From an uncultured Candidatus Saccharibacteria bacterium (lineage in GTDB: Bacteria > Patescibacteriota > Dojkabacteria > B142 > OLB20): DNA of 64,000 nucleotides. The notes under the pieces are model-generated. The model saw nothing but the letters and a program-made list of their open reading frames with translations, did no database searches and had not been told where the DNA came from. Numbering within the stretch: the stretch's first letter is position 1; each line of letters begins with the position of its first letter. Positions 57,338 through 64,000 of this stretch are shown one piece after another. Where the stretch lies: NCBI GenBank assembly GCA_964461915.1, contig CAYWVD010000001.1, forward strand, positions 661,910-725,909, written 5' to 3'. A program made the translations under genes and the position numbers.

Positions 57338-58606
57338 TTGAAAAACGAAAGATCCTATAAAAGGTTAACCATATTAATTCTCCCTACTTTAGTAGTAATT
57401 GGGCTATTAACTTTTATAAATATCTTCCTTTATCGTTCAGAATCTGAATCTCTAAAATTAAAAGAAGAGAGGGATATTAATATACTCATTCAATCATTGA
57501 ATTTTGAGGTTGAGAGAGTTATCTCTGCTACCACCGCTACTAAAGCCCTGTATATTGCAAGTGATGCTGTTTCTGAAAAAGAATTTAATCTTTTTGCTCA
57601 AGATGTTCTAAATCGCTTTTCTACGCTAAATAAAACAATAACTTTAGAGTGGGTGGACGCAGATAATTTCGTAAGATATATTTACCCATCCACAGAAGAA
57701 AACTTAAAGGTCGTCGGATTTAATAACAATCTTTACCCTAATAGATTAGCTCCATTAAAATTAGCTAAAGAAACAAATACTACAATCGCTACAGAACCAA
57801 TTAATTTAGTTCAGGGTTATCCTGGCATTTTAATTTATGTCCCAATTTACAAAGATTTTAAATATATAGGTTCAGCTGTAAGTATTGTCAAATTGACTGA
57901 TGTGGTTAATGATAATAATTTTGCTCAAGATGATATATATAATCCACGATTAGTTACAGACAATACTATCTTCCCATTGGATGGAAACATCTTATACGAT
58001 CTATATGGCAGGCAAATCACCGGCCCACAGGGATTATTAGGGAACTCTATTGGAGTTCATACAGACACAAATTATGGAGCATATTTAGAGAGCCCCCTTA
58101 TTGTTGCAAATAGGAATTGGAAAATAATAACTCCACTAAATTATCAAGAAGATTCTACTGAGAGGACTTTAATTTATGCGACCATTACTTTTATAGTTTT
58201 TATAATTTCAGAATTTGTAATAATTAATAATTACCAAAAACAACAAGAACTATCTACATTCTTAGAAAATGAAACCATTTTAAGAGGCAAATTAGAATCA
58301 GAAGTTAATCAAAGGCGAGATGCAGAAAAAGCTCTAATAGATAGGAATGCAGAGCTTGAAAAAAAAGAGCTCGAACTTAACAAGAGAAATGTTGAACTAG
58401 AAGAATTAAATAAAGTAATGATGGGTCGCGAAATGAAGATGATCGAACTTAAGAAAGCTGTAGCGAATAGAGACGAAGAAAAAGACCCCGAAAAGCCAGA
58501 ACCAACTGAGGTTCCAGAGGCCCAGGGGGCTCTGGATGTCGCAACCCCACCGGATCCTTCCCTACCAAGCGATGCATCTGATATTTCTAAAGATGTCATA
58601 GGTTAA
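57338..58606 (+). CDS. CHASE-domain membrane sensor with a C-terminal coiled coil and no enzymatic output domain.
   Basis: 422 aa. TM, then extracellular 'ITLEWVDADNFVRYIYPSTEENLKVVGFNNNLYPNRLAPLKLAKETNTTIATEPINLVQGYPGILIYVPIY' fitting the CHASE consensus. A second TM, then a heptad-rich K/E segment and a Pro-rich tail. Confidence 0.5.
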   Translation: MKNERSYKRLTILILPTLVVIGLLTFINIFLYRSESESLKLKEERDINILIQSLNFEVERVISATTATKALYIASDAVSEKEFNLFAQDVLNRFSTLNKTITLEWVDADNFVRYIYPSTEENLKVVGFNNNLYPNRLAPLKLAKETNTTIATEPINLVQGYPGILIYVPIYKDFKYIGSAVSIVKLTDVVNDNNFAQDDIYNPRLVTDNTIFPLDGNILYDLYGRQITGPQGLLGNSIGVHTDTNYGAYLESPLIVANRNWKIITPLNYQEDSTERTLIYATITFIVFIISEFVIINNYQKQQELSTFLENETILRGKLESEVNQRRDAEKALIDRNAELEKKELELNKRNVELEELNKVMMGREMKMIELKKAVANRDEEKDPEKPEPTEVPEAQGALDVATPPDPSLPSDASDISKDVIG

Positions 58607-58648
58607 ATAAAAATGTTAAAATATATAAATTAATTTATTTTTACTAAC

Positions 58649-59449
58649 ATGAGTAAAAAAACAATCTTAATTATTTTAGGAATAGCCGCAGTTTTCTGTT
58701 GTTGCATCTCAACAGTAGTTGGTGGAATTGTTATTTACAATTCTCAAATTAATAAGCCAGCGCCTACTCCATCACCCTTAATTAGCACCACCCCCTTAGT
58801 TACAGGCTCAACAATTGCTGATCCTAGCTCTACCATCTCACCGACATTCAAGCCCAGCTTTAGCTTTGGCGACTTTGTATTTGACGCTTTTAATGACAAT
58901 TCAAAAGGCTGGACAATGGGTAAACAAACCGGCGACTATAGTATTTCTGATGAATATATCGAGGGAGGAAAACTATATTTAGAATTTGAGACAATAAACG
59001 AAGAGGGAGCAATTGTATACGACACTCTTGATAAAACTTTTTCTGGCGATAAATACGAAGTAAGCATAGACGGCAAACTCCAACCTGATTCAACTGATAC
59101 CACAGATTATGGGATCATCTTTAGAATGCTTGATAAAAGTAATTATTACTACTTCATCATCAATGAGCATTATCAAGAGTTTGCTATTACCTCGAAGGTA
59201 AATGGCGAATTTACAGATATCACACAAGATTGGGTACAAACATCATTAATTAGTTCGACAACACCTAATACAATTAAAGTAGTTGCAGACGGAACAAAAT
59301 TCGACTTCTATATTAATGGTCAGATGGTCTACACCACCACCATTTCATCAGTCCCTAATACCGGCAAAGTCGGAATTTTAGGCCAATCTTATGAGGTAGG
59401 AGATAAAGGGACAATTGCTTTTGATAATTTAACTGTATCAGTTGACTAA
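58649..59449 (+). CDS. Membrane-anchored DUF1080/LamG-like (3-keto-disaccharide-hydrolase-family jellyroll) domain protein.
   Basis: 266 aa. N-terminal TM and Pro/Thr linker. 'YGIIFRMLDKSNYYYFII...NGQMVY...GKVGILGQ...IAFDNLTV' follows the DUF1080 strand pattern. Confidence 0.4.
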   Translation: MSKKTILIILGIAAVFCCCISTVVGGIVIYNSQINKPAPTPSPLISTTPLVTGSTIADPSSTISPTFKPSFSFGDFVFDAFNDNSKGWTMGKQTGDYSISDEYIEGGKLYLEFETINEEGAIVYDTLDKTFSGDKYEVSIDGKLQPDSTDTTDYGIIFRMLDKSNYYYFIINEHYQEFAITSKVNGEFTDITQDWVQTSLISSTTPNTIKVVADGTKFDFYINGQMVYTTTISSVPNTGKVGILGQSYEVGDKGTIAFDNLTVSVD

Positions 59450-60842
59450 CTTAGCACCAATAAATATTGGACTAGCCTCAATTTGGGCCGGTGGGGGTCA
59501 TAATGAATTGCGCGACTTCCTATTTGAAGAACTTAAAAAAAATGAAGGATTCAATTTAAAGTCATTCACACATACTAACGCTAGCTATAACTGGTTTAAT
59601 GACAATGTTTTCGGTAATTTACCGACCTATTTGAACTTTTTATACAAACACGCCCCTAACGATTATCCGGGCATTTCGGCGATAAACCTTGTAAAAGAGT
59701 GTGAGAGCTTTGTAAATGAATTCAATCCAGACATAATGATTTCTTCTAATTTTGGAGTCTGTAGTGCTTTTCAATTCATAAAAAAGACTCTAGGCTTAAC
59801 TTTCGTTAACATATATGCGATACCGGATTACGGTCATACAGGAAAATCAATTTTCCCTCAAAATCCATATTTCAAACCGGACTATGTAATTGTTTTTGAT
59901 ATTGAGACTAAAAAGGGCTTGATCGATGACATGGGATTTCCGGCCGAAAAAGTCATAATTTCCGGATCAATCGCTAGAGAATCTTTCCGCAAATTAATTG
60001 AAGATAATAAAACAATTGAAAAAGAGGCTCTCGTTAAATCTATCAACAAAGAGATTTCCGATTGTCCCCCACTATCTCCTGAAAAAGGAACATATATTTT
60101 CTCCGGAGGATCAGGAGGAGTAATCAACAAATCCTTTAAATTACTTAAAAAAATTGCCGAATACCAAGATCAAAATCCAGAAATAATCGAAAAGAAACAG
60201 TATGTCATTATTACAGGACAGAACTCAAAATTTAAGGACAAAATAAATAAGCTTAAAAAAAGATATTCAAATTGGTCGAACTTTCATCCATTGCCATGGA
60301 TCAAGCAAGAAACTTATGCAAAATTAATGCTCATTTCTGACTTCCCAATTCTTATCACTATAGCTCCTGCGACTATAAACCAATTGATGACCGCCGAATG
60401 TGGCCCGTTAGTTATTTACCACTACAGGACTGGTCCTGAACTTGAAAATGTGGCTTTCTCAATCAAGGAAGGCATTGGAATTAAACTTCAAGACCCCGAA
60501 GAAATAATTGATAAAATCGTCAACGGATTTACTCCTGAAGAAGAACTTGCATTCAAGCAAAACGCGAGAGATTACCTATATCTTCGAGAAGAACTACTTA
60601 AGGATCTTGCCCCTACAATTACAATGATCTACAGAAAAGAAATTGAAGGCTTAAAAGAAAGAAAGAAGCCTACGGGCATGAAGATCAATTATGATCTCAT
60701 CTCTCCAAAGGTTTTATTAACCCTATTTGTTCTACTAATACCCTCTTCACTAATATTTGCCTATGCGCAATACTTTAAAGGGAAGAATAAATTCTTGAAT
60801 AACCAAATTGTTCAAAAGATCATAGAGTTAGCTAGGAATTAG
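59442..60842 (+). CDS. GT28/MGDG-synthase-like glycosyltransferase (UgtP/MurG-like fold) with C-terminal TM.
   Basis: 466 aa. N-terminal 'IGLASIWAGGGHNE' (GGGH motif of GT28 N-domain) and a central Rossmann-like 'YVIITGQNSKF'. Called from motif resemblance only. Confidence 0.4.
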   Translation: MTNLAPINIGLASIWAGGGHNELRDFLFEELKKNEGFNLKSFTHTNASYNWFNDNVFGNLPTYLNFLYKHAPNDYPGISAINLVKECESFVNEFNPDIMISSNFGVCSAFQFIKKTLGLTFVNIYAIPDYGHTGKSIFPQNPYFKPDYVIVFDIETKKGLIDDMGFPAEKVIISGSIARESFRKLIEDNKTIEKEALVKSINKEISDCPPLSPEKGTYIFSGGSGGVINKSFKLLKKIAEYQDQNPEIIEKKQYVIITGQNSKFKDKINKLKKRYSNWSNFHPLPWIKQETYAKLMLISDFPILITIAPATINQLMTAECGPLVIYHYRTGPELENVAFSIKEGIGIKLQDPEEIIDKIVNGFTPEEELAFKQNARDYLYLREELLKDLAPTITMIYRKEIEGLKERKKPTGMKINYDLISPKVLLTLFVLLIPSSLIFAYAQYFKGKNKFLNNQIVQKIIELARN

Positions 60843-61216
60843 GCCGGTGTGGCTTCCCGACTCATTTCCTTTTTATTCTTCATCATTTCTACAAACCATT
60901 CTACAAGTCCCCTTGGGGTAAAGAATCGGAATATTTTTAGGACATTATGAAGGGCTTTAAAAAAGGGATGTATATTTTCTCTTACACTTTCCGCACCTTG
61001 TTCGGCAAGCAACCTTGGGGTTATAGGTTTACTAGGCGCCTGAGTAGAACCTGGCTCCGAAGCAGCCGCTAACGCTTCACTTACCTCTTTCTTAGAAGGA
61101 CCTCCTTGTCCATTTGGAGCCACTACTTCAGTAACTGGGGGCGTATTACCTTCATTTGATGGTGTTGACACTTGAGTTGTTATACCCGCTCCTGCACTTG
61201 CCATAATTAATTCCAA
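60839..61216 (-). CDS. Hypothetical protein.
   Basis: 125-aa ORF with a Pro/Ala/Gly-rich N-terminus. The start overlaps the upstream beta-lactamase-family gene. Confidence 0.35.
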   Translation of the reverse strand: MELIMASAGAGITTQVSTPSNEGNTPPVTEVVAPNGQGGPSKKEVSEALAAASEPGSTQAPSKPITPRLLAEQGAESVRENIHPFFKALHNVLKIFRFFTPRGLVEWFVEMMKNKKEMSREATPA

Positions 61217-62553
61217 TATTTTGGATAAAATACTTCACTACCAATCTTTAACGACCTTATTGTATTCTTTTTTGCAAAATCAAATGACACAGCCTCTCCT
61301 TTAGAATCTGATAAAAACCCCTGATCATTTATAAATCCGGTTTTCTCTTTTGTTAGCTTTATGATTTCACCTACAGGATTGATAGATTTAAGATAATAGT
61401 AACACAAAGACTTATTAAGAGGAATTATTTGAATATCTGTTCGTTTGTTCGTAAAAATTCCTTCAAAAATGTCCAATGCGGTATCGACTTCAGAAAGATT
61501 CAAAATTTTAATGTATATTTCAATTAGCACTTCTGCCATGGTTTTTGCCATATCATTTTGGGAGTTAGTTAATACTATTGAACCGATATTGTGCCTTGGA
61601 CAAATGATCATGCAGGACGAAAATCCTCTAAAGGAAGATTCTTGTCCATAGAAAATATTCTTCTTGTATTTCCATATCTTTAAGCCCATAGAATAATCCT
61701 CGCCAGAGGAATTCTCTGCTACATTTATAGGTTTTAAAAAAGCCGACTTTACTTTACTTTGTAAAAGTAGTTCGTTTTTAAGAAACCATTGCTGAGCGAG
61801 CTTTGACATATCGTATACAGAGGTTATTAATCCAAGGGATGGTCTATAAGATTCTGTATCAGCTATTTCAAACCTTTCCATAAAATCCATTAAATTTTTA
61901 TCTGTTTGGGTTTTGCCATATCCTGTGGAAAGTTCTGACCTTCTTATCCCCTTTGGAGTACAGGAACTGTGAATTAATTTTAATTTTTTTAATATTCTTT
62001 CTTGAATAAATTCATCGAATTCCATTCCTGAGACTTTTTCGACAAGGAGTCCTAATATGGCGTACGAAAGATTGGAAAATTTAACTTTCTTACCTTGTTT
62101 ATAGACAAAAAGATCGTCTGAATAGAGTTCATTTTTAAGATCTTCCTTAGAGGGGAAAAAGTCAGAATTCGAAGGATCTAACTTAGTATCCTTAGCAATA
62201 CCCGAAGTATGTGATAAGAGATGTTGAATTTTTATTTCTAAGTTTTTATATTCTTTTAAATATCTATTAACAGGAGCATCTACATCAATTAATCCATCTG
62301 ATACTAACAACGCGACGGCAAAAGCTGTGATTGATTTTGTTAAAGATCCAATTTGAAGTTTAGTTTTAACTGGGCTTATTGGTGTTTTTTCTTCTAAGTC
62401 GGAATAGCCTAACCCGTTTTGAGTTATCAACCCTCCAGAATTAAATATTGAATAAACTAGCCCTGGGATCTTATTTTGCCTTCTTTGAAATTCTAGCCAA
62501 GTCTCGGCCCATTTTTGAAACTTAAGGATATCTACTTTTTTCATGGTTGTCAT
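61207..62553 (-). CDS. Serine hydrolase of the beta-lactamase / PBP4*-like family.
   Basis: 448 aa with the SxxK motif 'QIGSLTKSITAFAV' about 70 aa from the N-terminus and 'HLLSHTSGI' downstream. Confidence 0.7.
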   Translation of the reverse strand: MTTMKKVDILKFQKWAETWLEFQRRQNKIPGLVYSIFNSGGLITQNGLGYSDLEEKTPISPVKTKLQIGSLTKSITAFAVALLVSDGLIDVDAPVNRYLKEYKNLEIKIQHLLSHTSGIAKDTKLDPSNSDFFPSKEDLKNELYSDDLFVYKQGKKVKFSNLSYAILGLLVEKVSGMEFDEFIQERILKKLKLIHSSCTPKGIRRSELSTGYGKTQTDKNLMDFMERFEIADTESYRPSLGLITSVYDMSKLAQQWFLKNELLLQSKVKSAFLKPINVAENSSGEDYSMGLKIWKYKKNIFYGQESSFRGFSSCMIICPRHNIGSIVLTNSQNDMAKTMAEVLIEIYIKILNLSEVDTALDIFEGIFTNKRTDIQIIPLNKSLCYYYLKSINPVGEIIKLTKEKTGFINDQGFLSDSKGEAVSFDFAKKNTIRSLKIGSEVFYPKYWN

Positions 62554-64000
62554 TTAATCTCAACTTCAATTTTTGAAGTCCAGGCATTAGTATTCTCGCT
62601 GACTCTTTGCTCTAAAGGGAATGTTTCGATATTTATGTACTGTCTGAAAGTAAACTCAAGAGTTTTTCCTTTATCCGCTTCGAAAAACACTGAAGGAATA
62701 AAGATTTCTCCTTTTTGTAAGTAAAATGATTTTGCTACTTTACCATTTTCATCAAAAGATTCTAAAAAGCCTGTAAAATTCGGATCGTTTGATTTTAAGT
62801 ATATTCCATTATCAGTAGCTGTATTTAGTTTGGTTCTGCATACATTAGATAAATCACAGATCGTGCTTCCGGAGTTTTCTGATAAAACTATTAAATTATT
62901 TGCACGGGTTTTGTATTCAAGCTCCATTGTTGTGTGAGGGGCGTAAATTGTATCCGAAAGGCAATCCGAGTCTAATTCGCAGGGGACAATGTATGGATAA
63001 TCATACCCCATTCCACCAAAGGCCGAGGCCGAAAAATACTTAGTATCTAACTTGATAAGACCAATACCTTTTGCAAAATACCAGCTTTCTCTGGATATTA
63101 TATCCCCGTTTAGAAAATTCCCTTTGCCTTCAAAAAAATCAATTCTTACATAATCATCATAACTACTTTCTCCGATTTTAATCGGCCAAACACCTCTTTC
63201 AACCCTAACCATAAGGCTTCGATCGGTAGGATTTGAATAGATTAAACTTGGATTTGATTTTTCATCATTACTGTAAAAGTTGTAGATTGAATTGTTTTCA
63301 AAATATGTATAAGGAATGTTTTGTATCTTTTTTCCTAGGAATAACCCCGGGGCTTCTAAATTGGAGTTTGTGTAAACGGCCAAACTATTAAACTGGTTGA
63401 GGTTGATATTTCGAATTCCTTGATCATCAGAGAATCGATGATAGGTTTTGTGACCCAACACCCAGATAAAATCATTATAGTTTTGAAATCTTTTGTCTGA
63501 AACTTTATAGTTTGGCGAAACAAACATATATCTTACAGCCTCGTCGTCAGTTTTATATGTTCCATCACTACTTTGTCCAGCTGGTATTGGATGCCAATAT
63601 AGGTTGGAATCACTTTTTAATACCCTCCAAGGCCTAACCATATAATCTCCCCAAAGTGTATCCTTTTCAATTTCAATCCTTGTTGTGCCTATGGTAGGAG
63701 AAATTAATCTTGTATTAGTAGCTAGATAACTCTTAGAGATGTATGAAAAAATATCACCTTCACTATATATAACATAATCAGCAAGATTAACTGGCTTATT
63801 TACAGTACCATCCTTATCAGAGACTACAATATCTATGGGGCTACTCCATGCATAAAGAGTATTTGCTTCTTTGATTTGAAACTTATATTCTCCGGGAAGT
63901 TTATTAAATAATGGAGAATCTACTCTGGCGATGCCGTTAATATCTGTTGAAAAAGGCCCCCAATCATCCAGCCTTTCTTCATATTGGCATGTGGATAAGT
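62550..64000 (-). CDS. Hypothetical large protein; the 3' portion of a gene that continues beyond the window end.
   Basis: The ORF track gives 62550-63641. The minus-strand frame stays open upstream of the Met at 63641 to position 64000 (...LISPTIGTTRIEIEKDTLWGDY-MVRPW...), so the true start lies outside the window. Confidence 0.45.
   Translation of the reverse strand, partial: LSTCQYEERLDDWGPFSTDINGIARVDSPLFNKLPGEYKFQIKEANTLYAWSSPIDIVVSDKDGTVNKPVNLADYVIYSEGDIFSYISKSYLATNTRLISPTIGTTRIEIEKDTLWGDYMVRPWRVLKSDSNLYWHPIPAGQSSDGTYKTDDEAVRYMFVSPNYKVSDKRFQNYNDFIWVLGHKTYHRFSDDQGIRNINLNQFNSLAVYTNSNLEAPGLFLGKKIQNIPYTYFENNSIYNFYSNDEKSNPSLIYSNPTDRSLMVRVERGVWPIKIGESSYDDYVRIDFFEGKGNFLNGDIISRESWYFAKGIGLIKLDTKYFSASAFGGMGYDYPYIVPCELDSDCLSDTIYAPHTTMELEYKTRANNLIVLSENSGSTICDLSNVCRTKLNTATDNGIYLKSNDPNFTGFLESFDENGKVAKSFYLQKGEIFIPSVFFEADKGKTLEFTFRQYINIETFPLEQRVSENTNAWTSKIEVEIK

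Overview
This is a low-GC, gene-dense bacterial chromosomal window read in the standard genetic code: ORFs up to 874 aa are intact and the stops checked are TAA. The gene content mixes ribosomal and housekeeping genes with Gram-positive envelope functions, and there is no outer-membrane machinery. That fits a reduced-genome Gram-positive-type organism, plausibly a CPR/Patescibacteria-like lineage (inference).

Confident calls:
- SsrA-binding protein SmpB, and a 465-nt tmRNA (ssrA) with a tag reading frame ending ...LAVLA-TAA.
- groES-groEL, ribosomal protein L25/Ctc, Jag-YidC and RsmE.
- tRNA-Val(CAC) and tRNA-Ala(CGC).
- Phosphoketolase plus acetate kinase, and L-threonine dehydrogenase plus 2-amino-3-ketobutyrate CoA ligase.
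- A ZnuABC-type metal ABC transporter.
- MurT/GatD lipid II amidotransferase.
- A class B sortase divergently paired with a large surface protein.
- Two Nudix hydrolases, an SbcD/SbcC-like pair, a SpoIID/LytB protein, and an ECF sigma factor with a putative anti-sigma.

The most unusual locus lies at 11.1-18.0 kb. Six tandem paralogous small membrane proteins share a topology of signal peptide, two hydrophobic helices and a short acidic [ST]-x-G-[DN]-P-x-E/K loop between the helices. This resembles T4SS VirB2/TrbC pilins, and five of the six carry variable Cys-rich ectodomains. They are co-operonic with a membrane-anchored ClpB/ClpC-like double-AAA+ ATPase. A VirD4/FtsK/HerA-superfamily ATPase lies truncated at the window start. 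Together these are a candidate atypical pilus or secretion module.

Other notable items:
- A 17-nt duplication of the tmRNA 3' end lies about 150 bp downstream of ssrA, consistent with an att-site scar, and is followed by an accessory-looking region.
- The SbcC-like ATPase has two central TM helices.
- A Lon-like AAA+ module lacks both the LonN and protease domains.
- A 444-aa protein of atypical Arg/Ala/Gly-rich composition may be horizontally acquired.

No CRISPR array or transposase was recognised.
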